64,000 nt of DNA from a virus. The notes beneath the pieces are model-generated. The model worked only from the letters and a program-made list of their open reading frames with translations. It searched no databases and was not told the DNA's origin. Made by a program: the position numbers and the translations under genes. Shown here in pieces: positions 9,029-18,564 of this stretch (within the stretch, counting starts at the first letter, position 1; each line of letters opens with the position of its first letter). The stretch spans positions 1 to 64,000 of the IMG/VR virus record IMGVR_UViG_3300049433_000139; one strand, 5' to 3'.

Positions 9029-9270
9029 GCCGTGGCGTCCTGTGCTTCCGTTCCGGGTTCGGTCGGCACGGCCGGGGCTTGCTTGGTCAAACGCATGACG
9101 CCGATCAGGGCGTAACCGGCCATGTTAAGGCCCATGAACAGCATGGGATTGAGAATTTCGCCGAACGCTGCTAGGCCAACCAAGCCGCCGTTAAGAACAA
9201 AGAAAAACAGCCCGACGCGGATACTCCACAGACGATGAAATTCCTTGCCTGCGTTGTCGATCAAGCGCAT
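9025..9270 (-). CDS. Putative holin
   Basis: 81 aa, two TM helices, HRLWSIR N-terminal motif, directly upstream of endolysin. Confidence 0.7.
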   Translation of the reverse strand: MRLIDNAGKEFHRLWSIRVGLFFFVLNGGLVGLAAFGEILNPMLFMGLNMAGYALIGVMRLTKQAPAVPTEPGTEAQDATA

Positions 9271-9384
9271 TCAGAGCACCCACGTGAGCAAAAGACAGAG
9301 CGCCACGGCCGCGCCAATCGAGGTTCGCGGATGCGCTTCTGCCCAATTCACGGCGTCACTGGCCAGGAAGATGCACTTTTCCAT
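9271..9384 (-). CDS. Small membrane peptide (37 aa, not in ORF track)
   Basis: AAGGGG RBS; MEKCIFLASDAVNWAEAHPRTSIGAAVALCLLLTWVL; stop abuts the holin ATG. Confidence 0.55.
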   Translation of the reverse strand: MEKCIFLASDAVNWAEAHPRTSIGAAVALCLLLTWVL

Positions 9385-9408
9385 TGCAAAAGCCCCTTTG
9401 GAGTCTGC

Positions 9409-9440
9409 AAACTAGCACCGATTTTGCAAAAAGTCAACAA
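9409..9440 (-). promoter_or_regulatory. Phage promoter/operator cassette, copy 2 (before lysis genes)
   Basis: TTGTTGACTTTTTGCAAAATCGGTGCTAGTTT. Confidence 0.7.
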
Positions 9441-9506
9441 ATATAGAGGGACTTGTTCGAGGGATGGCTGCGGGTTAAGCTAGTCAGAATTGGGGAACTG
9501 AATAGC

Positions 9507-10580
9507 GTGGTGAATTTGAGCGCAGAACGCTACCCGGCATTGGACGCCCTACGCGGCTTTGCCGCTCTGACGATTGTCCTCTATCATTTCCAAACGAACT
9601 CACCCCTCACGGCAAACGCTTTCGTGGCGCAAGGGGCGCTGATGGTAGACTTCTTTTTCGTCCTCAGCGGGTTCGTGATCTCATTGAACTATTGCGACAG
9701 GATAAGGTCTGCGCGCGATCTTTGGTGGTTTCAGAAGAAGCGTTTCTGGCGGCTTTACCCGCTCCACCTCGTGACATTTCTTGCATTCGTCGGAATTGAG
9801 ACTTTCCAGTTTTATCGCGGCCAGACCACCGCATTCGTGACGAACGACCTTGAGGCCGCGCTGCATAATCTCTTTCTGACGCAGGCTGTGCTCACGAATC
9901 ACACCAGCTTCAACATGCCGTCGTGGTCGATCTCTGCCGAGTTCTGGACCTATCTGATTTTCGGGATAGCATTGCTTTTTGGACGTTATCGCTGGCCGCT
10001 ATTGATTGCATGCTGGCTGATCGCCGGAACAGTGATCTACCTTCAAAGCACCAGCGTCCTTGCTCCGAACGTCGCAGGCATCCTGCTCGGGCGTGCTCTA
10101 TACGGCTTTGCCATTGGCGTTCTTGTTCATCAAATCCAGTCTCGGCAAAAGCGTCGCGAGTTCGGATCGCTGACGCTGTTGTTTTTCATGGGCATGGCCG
10201 TGTGGCTCATTGCGCACTTCACGATACACTTACTTTTGGTGACGCCGCTGATTTTTGCGGCCGTCGTTTACACAGTCGCGTGGAGCGGCCCAAAAACATG
10301 GGTGCAACGATTCCTGATCTCCCCCGTTCCGGCGTTCCTTGGCCGCATCAGCTACAGCATTTACATGACGCACGCGATCCTGACCTTTTGGTTCTTCTAC
10401 TTCGTCTTGGAACATCCGCCGTTCAGTCCGTCAGAATCTACGCTGGTCACCTCTCTCCTGATCGCTTGCGTCATCGGGCTTTCCACCCTGACATACCGAT
10501 TCATAGAGCAACCTTTCAAGGCAGGCCTTGATATCCGTGCCGCGGGCACCCAAACCCTCCCGCCGCGCCTAGCAGAATAG
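9507..10580 (+). CDS. Acyltransferase-3 (OafA/YrhL-like) moron
   Basis: LDALRGFAA..YH, VDFFFVLSGFVI, RFWRLYP, WSISAEFWTY, LGRISYSIYMTH, TYRFIEQP; about 10 TM helices; opposite strand to phage genes. Confidence 0.92.
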   Translation: MVNLSAERYPALDALRGFAALTIVLYHFQTNSPLTANAFVAQGALMVDFFFVLSGFVISLNYCDRIRSARDLWWFQKKRFWRLYPLHLVTFLAFVGIETFQFYRGQTTAFVTNDLEAALHNLFLTQAVLTNHTSFNMPSWSISAEFWTYLIFGIALLFGRYRWPLLIACWLIAGTVIYLQSTSVLAPNVAGILLGRALYGFAIGVLVHQIQSRQKRREFGSLTLLFFMGMAVWLIAHFTIHLLLVTPLIFAAVVYTVAWSGPKTWVQRFLISPVPAFLGRISYSIYMTHAILTFWFFYFVLEHPPFSPSESTLVTSLLIACVIGLSTLTYRFIEQPFKAGLDIRAAGTQTLPPRLAE

Positions 10581-10689
10581 CCACCACAGCGCGACAATCG
10601 ATCCGAGTAATCGGAGCGGAAGCACCTGAAAGCGCCAGCGTCTTTCTCCATCGGCTAAGTTGATGAGGCGCCTTATACGTATCATCGCA

Positions 10690-12546
10690 TCACGCCGCGA
10701 AGTGCTTGCTAAACGCAACCTGGATAAGATTGACCGTAGTGTTGTCCGAGTTCGCGCAACTCACGGCAGATGCCTCAACGGCCGCTCCTGCGGAGATGTT
10801 TGCCACTGCAGTATCAAGCAGGTTAATGGCTTGACCGCCAGTGTTGCCGTGACCAACAATGATGGCGGTCGGCCCTACATTTACTGTCGCCCCTCCATAT
10901 GCCCTGATTCCGATGCCGCCGTTCTGAGACACCAGCGTGCCGCTGAATTCCAGCGCTCCTAACACGTTGATGGCGCCCGTTGTACCGACGTCCCCATAGA
11001 AAAGGTCGAACCGACCCGTCACCGATCCGGCGCCGCCGATCTCGATTGCTGGCGCTGTGTTGCCCGCCTCAGTGACGATCACCGCACCCTCTAGATTGAC
11101 CGCGCCGAATGTGTTTACCGAATGTGTGCTGGATAGAATCTTGGCGCTTACAGACAGTTGCGATGCCCCCGACCCTACCCCAACGGCCGTGGTGCTGCCC
11201 ATAATTGTGACGCTTCTATCCACGCGCAACCGGGCTGATGTGGCGTCCACAAACAGTCCGTTGAAGTTGCTCTTGATGACGACGCCTCCGCCGATCGAGT
11301 TTCCCGATGCGTCATTTTCGACGATACCGGAAGTGGCATTGCCGGTCACGGAGGCCGCGCCGTCCACGCGGTTATTTGTGGAGCCGCGCTGGAAATTAAT
11401 ACCGCAGTTGCCGTTTCCGGAGTAGCTGCCGCCGTCGATCAGGCAGCCATGCGACCCCCACACGCTGCCGCTGTCCGGCTCCGATCCCGCAGTCGCGGCG
11501 GTAAACAAGGCGCCTATACTGCCGCCATCGACGCTGTTGCAATCCCTCACGGCGCACTCGACGGCGTCCTGGAAAATCACGCCGGCTTCGAGGGTGCGCT
11601 TTATGTCGCATCGGTTATAAGTGCAGGCTTCAGCGGCCTCGAAACTTAATCCGAGCACGGTCGTGTAGCCGCCATCGCCAGTGATATCGAACGCATGGCA
11701 ATTGTAGGAAGGCGTGTCGAACGAGATGACGCGTTCACTCGCCGTCGTCGACGTGCCGTCGCCGCATTTGAAGCCCCGGACCTCACACTCCCAGCCTGCC
11801 CATAATTCGATGAAGCGGTCACAGGCGCCGTAAATAGTGGCGCCGTTGCCTTCAATCTTGATACCAATAGCGGGCGTCACCTTTTGCACCAGCGATCCGG
11901 CCGGGAATGAGGTCAACGCCAGCGGCCCGCCATAGGGCATCTTCAACGGCCGATCTATTCGAGCAACCTTTGTCCCGCCGTTCCATGCCCTGATTTGATA
12001 CATGGCGTTGCGGAATTGCTTGCTGTTGAGAATGACGAAATCACCGACGGCAAACGTCATCGATCCGACGATCTTGAACGTCATGTCGCCGATGTTGGTA
12101 TCGAGCGCCAGCGCGTCAGTTCCGGTCACCTGCGAAAATGCCGAGAACACACTATCGCGCGGGTCGCCGACAGTGGCAATCGTGGCGTGAATGACCGTCT
12201 TTTTGTTGCCCACGATGTGGGAGTAGCTCGCAACCAGCTGTCTACTCTTGGCCAGATAAGTCCCGGGTCCGAGTTCCAGCTTCACGCCGGCCGGTGCCAG
12301 CGCCGCACTTGCCGCAGCGAAGTTTGCCCAGTCGTCGGAACTGCCGCCGAGGATCGGCAGCGTCAGTCGTTTGCTTTTGAGCACGAACCGTCCGGCCGCA
12401 GCCGACGCCAGCACCGTCCAGCCATCCACGGTAGCGCTTGAACTGGAATCGTATTTGTAGATGGCGTCGACCTCTTCAACCCAATAGCGATTTGAAATGC
12501 CACTGGAGAGCGCAGAGAGCGCCGCACGCGTTGCGATGTCATCCAT
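10690..12546 (-). CDS. Tailspike / right-handed beta-helix polysaccharide depolymerase
   Basis: DDWANF..LGPGTY pectate-lyase-like cap, followed by Gly/Asn/Ser/Thr-rich beta-helix repeats. Confidence 0.75.
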   Translation of the reverse strand: MDDIATRAALSALSSGISNRYWVEEVDAIYKYDSSSSATVDGWTVLASAAAGRFVLKSKRLTLPILGGSSDDWANFAAASAALAPAGVKLELGPGTYLAKSRQLVASYSHIVGNKKTVIHATIATVGDPRDSVFSAFSQVTGTDALALDTNIGDMTFKIVGSMTFAVGDFVILNSKQFRNAMYQIRAWNGGTKVARIDRPLKMPYGGPLALTSFPAGSLVQKVTPAIGIKIEGNGATIYGACDRFIELWAGWECEVRGFKCGDGTSTTASERVISFDTPSYNCHAFDITGDGGYTTVLGLSFEAAEACTYNRCDIKRTLEAGVIFQDAVECAVRDCNSVDGGSIGALFTAATAGSEPDSGSVWGSHGCLIDGGSYSGNGNCGINFQRGSTNNRVDGAASVTGNATSGIVENDASGNSIGGGVVIKSNFNGLFVDATSARLRVDRSVTIMGSTTAVGVGSGASQLSVSAKILSSTHSVNTFGAVNLEGAVIVTEAGNTAPAIEIGGAGSVTGRFDLFYGDVGTTGAINVLGALEFSGTLVSQNGGIGIRAYGGATVNVGPTAIIVGHGNTGGQAINLLDTAVANISAGAAVEASAVSCANSDNTTVNLIQVAFSKHFAA

Positions 12547-12560
12547 GGTCGACTGCTTCC

Positions 12561-13076
12561 TTAAACGTCAAAGACTGTGGATTGAGTCCACACCGCGGCG
12601 CCGCCGACCCGGCAAGTGTAATATTCGACGGGCGAGGTATCGTTGGTGGCGCGAATGGTGCCGGCGGGATCCGCCGTGCGTGTCAGTATTTTCAGAACAG
12701 GCAAGGCTCCGGCCGATGCCGCGGCGAATGCAATTTCCAGGGCGGCGGCATCCTGTAAAGGCGCTAGCTTCGTCCACGAACCGGAGCCGCTTGATCCGTT
12801 CTTGCGATAGATGCCGTTGTTTAGAGTCGTATCGCCGTAAACCCCGGCTCCGGTATTGGCCACATAATTGAGGTTGCCGTTCAAATGCGCGAGCGTGTCG
12901 AATACAACAAAACCTGTTACTTGATTCGACAATAACCCGCCGAGACTTGTATCGATCGCTGTGAATACGGCTAGAATTTCAGTCTTAAGCGGCTTGTGCT
13001 CAGTACCCGGCACCGGCACGCCGATTGAATCATAATCGCGAAACGCAACGTCGGCTAAAATTTTGATCGTTCCCAT
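12561..13076 (-). CDS. Tail fibre/spike-associated protein
   Basis: LNGNLNYVAN..GIYRKNGSSGSGSWTK, resembling N-terminal domains of rhizobial phage spikes; position in the tail module. Confidence 0.55.
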   Translation of the reverse strand: MGTIKILADVAFRDYDSIGVPVPGTEHKPLKTEILAVFTAIDTSLGGLLSNQVTGFVVFDTLAHLNGNLNYVANTGAGVYGDTTLNNGIYRKNGSSGSGSWTKLAPLQDAAALEIAFAAASAGALPVLKILTRTADPAGTIRATNDTSPVEYYTCRVGGAAVWTQSTVFDV

Positions 13077-13879
13077 TATAGATACTGCCCGCCGCTCGCC
13101 GTGGACCCAGCGGCGTTGCCGGGCAGATAGGTCGCCCCGGCGCCGTTGGTGAACAGATACCCGTTTCCTGTCGCGCTATAGCGCGCGCCGGTCGCCGATC
13201 CCGAGAAGGTGCCGCCGTAGCAAGTTATCGCGGAAACGCCTTGGGCTTGCGTCCATGCGGTGAAGGCCGGCGTGCCGGTAATGGTGACCGTCAGCCCATT
13301 GGCTGAAATCTTGGAGGCGTTGAGGGCGTACCAGTGAAAAACGGCGGCGCCGCTCACTGCGTAATTGGAAATGGCCGTGATGGTAGCGCCCAGGTTTGCG
13401 AAGGCATGGGCGGTAGGGCATGCGCCGAAGTTTATATTGCCGTACCTGACGGATGCGCCATTGTTGGCGGAAATCCCGCTTCCACTTACCCCGGCGATCT
13501 GAACCTTGAGGTCCTTGATATCCCAAACGGACGTGATGCCATCGGCACTAAACGCGTCCGCTGACGTGGTCGAGATCACAACATTGGCCGGCGTTGCGTT
13601 GTTGCCCTGAATGACCAGATTTCCGGCTGCGGCGAAGCCGACGACATTCTTGAGCACGTTCACGCCGGTATAGGTGCCGTCGGCGATCTGGACTGTAACG
13701 GTGAAGCCAGCGATATCGAGTGTCGCAACGGTATCGATCGCCTTCTGGATAGTCAGGAAGGCACCACCGGCAGAATTCACCAATCCGTTGTTAGAATCGC
13801 TGCCATCAGTGCGGACGTAATATGTTCGAACAGCCGTTAGAAGCGGCCGAGAAGAGGACGGGGAAAAGCCGCTCATCAA
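13076..13879 (-). CDS. Tail-associated beta-helix protein
   Basis: RTYYVRTDGSDSNNGL..FLTIQKAID..IADGTY motif. Confidence 0.65.
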   Translation of the reverse strand: MMSGFSPSSSRPLLTAVRTYYVRTDGSDSNNGLVNSAGGAFLTIQKAIDTVATLDIAGFTVTVQIADGTYTGVNVLKNVVGFAAAGNLVIQGNNATPANVVISTTSADAFSADGITSVWDIKDLKVQIAGVSGSGISANNGASVRYGNINFGACPTAHAFANLGATITAISNYAVSGAAVFHWYALNASKISANGLTVTITGTPAFTAWTQAQGVSAITCYGGTFSGSATGARYSATGNGYLFTNGAGATYLPGNAAGSTASGGQYL

Positions 13880-15081
13880 ACATAATCCAAGTTGAGGCCG
13901 AGAATATCGCCCGCAGTAACGCCGGTTGAACTATTGTCCGCGCTGCCTGTGACGAGCGTGAAGCCGATGCCGGTTGCGAACGAATAACCGTGCGGCCAAT
14001 CGAAGGCGAAACCGCACGATGGAGGAAGTGCTAACGTTTTGACCGGCGTTCCCGATCCCGCAGTTGGCGCGGAGACGCTGTTGTAAAGCTTAAGATACCG
14101 AACCGAGGTTGAGGCGTTGTAGCCTTGAACGGCATACAAACGCCCGGCAGAAGCCTTCACGTTAGCTGCATCGCCAGATGTGCCAACTGCGGACAGAAGC
14201 CGCGCAGTCGAAGCAATGCCACCTGTCGCCGCGCTAGCATCTGCTACGGCGCGACCGATAAGCGCGGACCCCGCTTCAACTATCGCGCTAACCCAGAGCC
14301 GCCCCGCGGACATCTGGAGCATTTCATAATCGCCATCCGTTCCGGACGTATTGGCCGGCGTCGCTTTGCGAACCGCCATGGCCGGCACACCGACATCGGC
14401 GTCGGCACTGGCAACATCTTCCGCCTTGGCAATCGCGGCGGGTGCCGCCGCAAGTGTCGCTTGGACTGCAAACGTGCCTGCATTAGTGACGGCGTGGCTG
14501 GCGACTGTAATACCGCTAACCAGTAGTGCGACGATGCCGCGCAGATAGCCTTGAATCGTGCCGGCGACGCTCGTGATAACGGCCGCACCAGCAGTGGTGC
14601 CAAGCACGGTGTTGATAGCCGTCTCTTGCGCAAGAATTGCGGCGTTTCCAGTGTTCGTTGTTCCAACAAGAGTTTCCAGTCCGTCAACGTATCCAGCAAG
14701 CGTCGTCGCCAGATCGGTATGCAGCGAATCCAGTTTCGTGTTGCTTGATGTGACGAGCGTTTCAAGCCCATCGACATAGGCGGCGAGTGTGGTCGCGAGA
14801 TCGGTATGAATTTGCGCTAGGTTCGTGTTCGAAGTGCCGACTAGCGTTTCAAGGCCGTCGACATAACCATTCAGGGATGTGGCCAAGCCTTCAAGGCCGT
14901 CGACGAACCCACCAACTGACGTGATCGCGGTTGTGAGCGCATTTATTGCGGCTAAATCTTCCACGGAAAGCACAACGGGCCGCGATTCCGCAGCAGGTGC
15001 TCGGCCGGGGTTCAATGGCGCATTGATGGCTATGCGCGCGTTATCGATATCAGCAACTTCAATATCGGCAGGTATGCTCAT
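13876..15081 (-). CDS. Tail fibre-like protein with 29-aa coiled-coil repeats
   Basis: Repeated (Y/F)VDGLE(T/G)L x4 and HTDLATTLA x2; beta-rich C-terminal domain. Confidence 0.6.
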   Translation of the reverse strand: MSIPADIEVADIDNARIAINAPLNPGRAPAAESRPVVLSVEDLAAINALTTAITSVGGFVDGLEGLATSLNGYVDGLETLVGTSNTNLAQIHTDLATTLAAYVDGLETLVTSSNTKLDSLHTDLATTLAGYVDGLETLVGTTNTGNAAILAQETAINTVLGTTAGAAVITSVAGTIQGYLRGIVALLVSGITVASHAVTNAGTFAVQATLAAAPAAIAKAEDVASADADVGVPAMAVRKATPANTSGTDGDYEMLQMSAGRLWVSAIVEAGSALIGRAVADASAATGGIASTARLLSAVGTSGDAANVKASAGRLYAVQGYNASTSVRYLKLYNSVSAPTAGSGTPVKTLALPPSCGFAFDWPHGYSFATGIGFTLVTGSADNSSTGVTAGDILGLNLDYV

Positions 15082-15110
15082 GAATCCTCGCGCAGAACTG
15101 GCGTATAGCC

Positions 15111-15152
15111 GTTATACCGCCTAAACTGGGAAAAGTCAACAATTTTGCAAAA
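15111..15152 (-). promoter_or_regulatory. Phage promoter/operator cassette, copy 3 (before fibre genes)
   Basis: TTGACT-TTTCCCAGTTTAGGCGG-TATAAC with an extra TTTTGCAAAA immediately upstream. Confidence 0.7.
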
Positions 15153-15161
15153 AGTCGGCAT

Positions 15162-16694
15162 TTAAATATCGTCAAAAATCAGAGGGATGTACATACTGTT
15201 ATGCGGGTCGGAAAAGTCCAGTCGCGCCAACGGTGGAATAATCCGAATAAATGACCAGGTTATCCGACCGGCCAGGATATTGACTTCGGCACTCTGGATT
15301 TCGACGACGCAGTTTTGCAGGCCGCGCGGCCCTCTCGTGAAATCCAATGGTACCCAGCGTTTGCCGATATAATCCAGCCCGACCAGGTTAGTTACAAATG
15401 AACCTGTCTTGCCTGTGTTGAGTCGCAACAGCGCCCGTCGACCCAGGCGAATTGCTTGATCCTCGTTCTGCACACCAGTCAGGTCAAGGACTTGCGAGCG
15501 AACCCCACCTGTCGCCGATATTGACAGTTCGTCTCTCACGGGGTCGGTTTGACTTGACGCATATTTTTGCGACGGGTCCGTGAAGTTGATTTCGAGCTGA
15601 TTCACTCGTTGTTCGGCGGGAATGCCGTGATTCAGGGTAAAGCCGAAAAAGTGTTGATCGGTCAAAGGCGGTTCGGTCGGTTCGCGATATTTTCCAACCG
15701 TAAGCGCGAAAGTACCCTGTTCGGTTTCCATCAGGTGGCCGTCACAGGTAGACAAGATTTTGTTGATTACGTCTTCCGGCTTATTGTCGAACTGATACCA
15801 AATGGCGCACGCATAGCGCGGCTCGCCATCCACGTCCTCATCGCAGATATCAGCCTCAACCATCCACAGCGCAAGCACATCGGCCGGCAGAATCGTATCC
15901 AGGTCGAGGCCCATGCCGCCGTCGGCACGCGTAAGATAATCAATCAATTGCAGGACTGGATTAGGAGATGCCACCCAGGTAGACTCGACCGTGCGGCTCT
16001 GCGCTACGTCGCGCGGATCCCATATGGGCGAGCACCGCGCCACGACGGAAAGTTCGGGTTTACCTTGCGGGTAGCCCCTGGAAAACGTCGGAGGATCGGC
16101 AAAAGCACCGCATTTCAAACATGCATACGCAATACCGTCACCACGATATGCTGAAGTCCAAAGCCCGTTGATATCCGGGTCGCTGGCGTATAGCGCCGAC
16201 GAGGTTTGAGTTGCCGCCCCCATCTTAATTTCAATTTGAACACGACCACCGCCGAACTGATCCACGCCGACCGTGGCGACGGTTCCGACGCCGCCGGCCG
16301 AAATGTCAGGTGAAACAGAAACCTCTTGGTCGTGAAGGTAAAAGTGCCGAATCGACTCCACGCGGCCGTGGTGAAAAGCGATCACGTCATAGGACGTTCG
16401 GTTCGCTTCCTCATAAAGCATATAGGCGCCAGCAAGACGGTTGTCCCAGTAGCCGCGAACACGCGCGGGGATGGCTTGCTTGATGGCCATGGCGCCCGCT
16501 TCGGGCTTCGGCATATTCGGGTTTGCAGACAGCGCATAGCTAAGGCCGATCGAGGCGCTTAGGAGGGCCGTTCCGCCTATCGCCTGAAAGCCTGAAACGC
16601 CAAGAAAGGACGCCTCGCCAAACGCGACAAGCGCCTCCGCTTCGCCCGACGCGGCAATCGCTGTCACAAGCAGCTCGCCAACTACTTCAGCCAC
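15162..16694 (-). CDS. Tail tip / baseplate hub protein
   Basis: GIAYA..GYPQG..WDPR..NPVLQLIDYL..ICDE pattern of GTA/lambda-J-like tip proteins; GTG start 16694. Confidence 0.8.
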   Translation of the reverse strand: MAEVVGELLVTAIAASGEAEALVAFGEASFLGVSGFQAIGGTALLSASIGLSYALSANPNMPKPEAGAMAIKQAIPARVRGYWDNRLAGAYMLYEEANRTSYDVIAFHHGRVESIRHFYLHDQEVSVSPDISAGGVGTVATVGVDQFGGGRVQIEIKMGAATQTSSALYASDPDINGLWTSAYRGDGIAYACLKCGAFADPPTFSRGYPQGKPELSVVARCSPIWDPRDVAQSRTVESTWVASPNPVLQLIDYLTRADGGMGLDLDTILPADVLALWMVEADICDEDVDGEPRYACAIWYQFDNKPEDVINKILSTCDGHLMETEQGTFALTVGKYREPTEPPLTDQHFFGFTLNHGIPAEQRVNQLEINFTDPSQKYASSQTDPVRDELSISATGGVRSQVLDLTGVQNEDQAIRLGRRALLRLNTGKTGSFVTNLVGLDYIGKRWVPLDFTRGPRGLQNCVVEIQSAEVNILAGRITWSFIRIIPPLARLDFSDPHNSMYIPLIFDDI

Positions 16695-17091
16695 GCGGCA
16701 ACTCCCACGTTCGAAGGGTACGCGGAGCGGCAATGGCCAAGGCCACATCACTGCCGACAACGGCGCGCAGCGTAGCGGACGTGCATATGGCGCCGGTCAC
16801 TTCCATACGGCCGATGGCCACGGGGGCCATCACAAGCGCCACATCCCCCGATCGAGGCGTGTCCGTCTCGCGTAGTCCAATCGCGGCGAAGCGCTTGGAA
16901 CAAGCCGCGATAATTCCGCCTTCACTGTCAAGCAATGTGCCCCACTGGCGTCGGCTATACGTGCCGCGGCGATCAACCATCGGGTCCGGCAGGTCGTTTT
17001 CCATGATCCAATCGGCCATGAACGCGCAGCAATCAAGCGTTTGCCCGTTTCGAGATGCGACTTTTTCCAGGTAGGCGGATAGGTCGGTCAT
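16687..17091 (-). CDS. NlpC/P60-like tail-tip assembly protein (DUF6950-like)
   Basis: LDCCAFMADW..PRSGDVALV; position between tail-tip genes. Confidence 0.65.
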   Translation of the reverse strand: MTDLSAYLEKVASRNGQTLDCCAFMADWIMENDLPDPMVDRRGTYSRRQWGTLLDSEGGIIAACSKRFAAIGLRETDTPRSGDVALVMAPVAIGRMEVTGAICTSATLRAVVGSDVALAIAAPRTLRTWELPRG

Positions 17092-17699
17092 GTAAATTGC
17101 GGCCACGGTTTTGTGAATCCGTGCGCATATCGACCGACGAGGTTGCAGAACATATCGCCGGATGAGTGCGCTTGTTGGTCCGAATTCGTCAGATACGACA
17201 AACCTGGTCGTCGACGCGCGGTTAACCGCGACCCCGCCGAGAGAACGATTTTCCGGATGATCGGCTGCTCGGGGTCCGTGGTTTCGGCTTGCTGCACGGA
17301 AAGCACGTCTGCAATGTAACTCGCGCACCAATGCACGTCGCCGAGCAAAGTCGACCAATCAGTGCCGAAAAACCCAATTCCAACATCAACGCGCTTTCCT
17401 TGAATAGACTCCGCATCGTTACCCGATGCAATAGCCAGGACTTCGCCGGTAACGCCGCTGATGGAAAAGTCGACGCGAGTGGCAGCTCCATTCAAGTTCT
17501 GCGTAAAAGACGGAATGTCGTAAATTTCGCCAAAGCCTTTGTAGACCGCGCCGTCGGTATCAAGCGTGTTCGTGGTGCTGAAATGGCCAAAGCCGAGCCA
17601 CAGCCGCACCGGGTCCGGCTCGGTTTCCAAGCGAAAAAATACCGCGATGTTTTGAACATCCGTCTCTAGCGCGGCGCGTTCGGCGGCATTCAGGAACAT
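17088..17699 (-). CDS. Minor tail protein (hub / gpL-like)
   Basis: VRLWLGFG..YKGFG..DQQ..GDMFC; synteny. Confidence 0.7.
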   Translation of the reverse strand: MFLNAAERAALETDVQNIAVFFRLETEPDPVRLWLGFGHFSTTNTLDTDGAVYKGFGEIYDIPSFTQNLNGAATRVDFSISGVTGEVLAIASGNDAESIQGKRVDVGIGFFGTDWSTLLGDVHWCASYIADVLSVQQAETTDPEQPIIRKIVLSAGSRLTARRRPGLSYLTNSDQQAHSSGDMFCNLVGRYAHGFTKPWPQFT

Positions 17700-17869
17700 G
17701 TAGCACCCCCGTCGGGGTCCGCACTGACACCAGCAGCACGCAGACGTTGGGCCAACAAACGTATCCGCTCGGAGGCTTGCGTCATTATGGCAGCCGCAGC
17801 ATGCCAGTTATCATCAGTTAGCAGTTTAGCTTCTCGGTCTATAACTGCGAGCATATCGCTTGTTTTCAT
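17690..17869 (-). CDS. Small hypothetical protein (59 aa, not in ORF track) inside the tail operon
   Basis: MKTSDMLAVIDREAKLL..; ATGA overlap with the distal tail gene. Confidence 0.45.
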   Translation of the reverse strand: MKTSDMLAVIDREAKLLTDDNWHAAAAIMTQASERIRLLAQRLRAAGVSADPDGGATCS

Positions 17870-18564
17870 GTGGCGTACTTCGACTCAACGAACTTCACGG
17901 ATGCGAGCGGGAAGGGATACGTTGTCACGTTCAAATTCATCGCCGCCGCGTTGACAAGTTTCATGGTGCAGCGAGGCCGGTCAAACTCCAAACGTTCGCC
18001 GTCCGCTACGGCTTCGCGCAGAGGTGGGTTAAATGTGATGGTTGCGACACTACCCGACTGAATGACCGTACCTATTTCGTACAGTCGCCAGTTGAACGTC
18101 TGGTGTGCAATTGCAAATTTCTCGCCACCTTGCAGATGACCGCAGTAGTTGAGGTTCATAGTCATGGATGTAGCGCGCAAAGCAGCACCGCCGTTGCAAG
18201 TCACGTCAATAATTGACTGCGCGTATCCGGTGCCGTCGCTAAAAAGCGTTCCATCGCTATGCGTGATGCCGTTAAGTTCAACTGCGCTTGTTGGAAACGG
18301 CGCGAACACGGTATCTTGACAAGTGACGATAAGCGGCGTGACGCCGCCGTTGGCTATATTGCGAATTGCACGCCATAACTTCGTGTCCGATGCACTGCGC
18401 AGACGAATGTTATTTAGCGACGCCATCCAGAAACCGCCGCCGTCGGAACGCACGTCTACGCTAGCGCCGGTAGTCTGTCCCGATCCCATCGTGTTGCCAA
18501 CGATGTTCCAGTCGTGATCGCCTTCAATGAGGCTGCGGTATGGAAATTCCACGAGTGCCGCCAT
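17866..18564 (-). CDS. Distal tail protein
   Basis: Directly after the tape measure gene; GGGFW..FSDGTGY..FNPPLREA. Confidence 0.75.
   Translation of the reverse strand: MAALVEFPYRSLIEGDHDWNIVGNTMGSGQTTGASVDVRSDGGGFWMASLNNIRLRSASDTKLWRAIRNIANGGVTPLIVTCQDTVFAPFPTSAVELNGITHSDGTLFSDGTGYAQSIIDVTCNGGAALRATSMTMNLNYCGHLQGGEKFAIAHQTFNWRLYEIGTVIQSGSVATITFNPPLREAVADGERLEFDRPRCTMKLVNAAAMNLNVTTYPFPLASVKFVESKYAT

Noticed and set aside
10690-16694. Diversity-generating retroelement or invertible tail-fibre switch
   Set aside because: No reverse transcriptase, invertase or TR/VR-like duplication noticed
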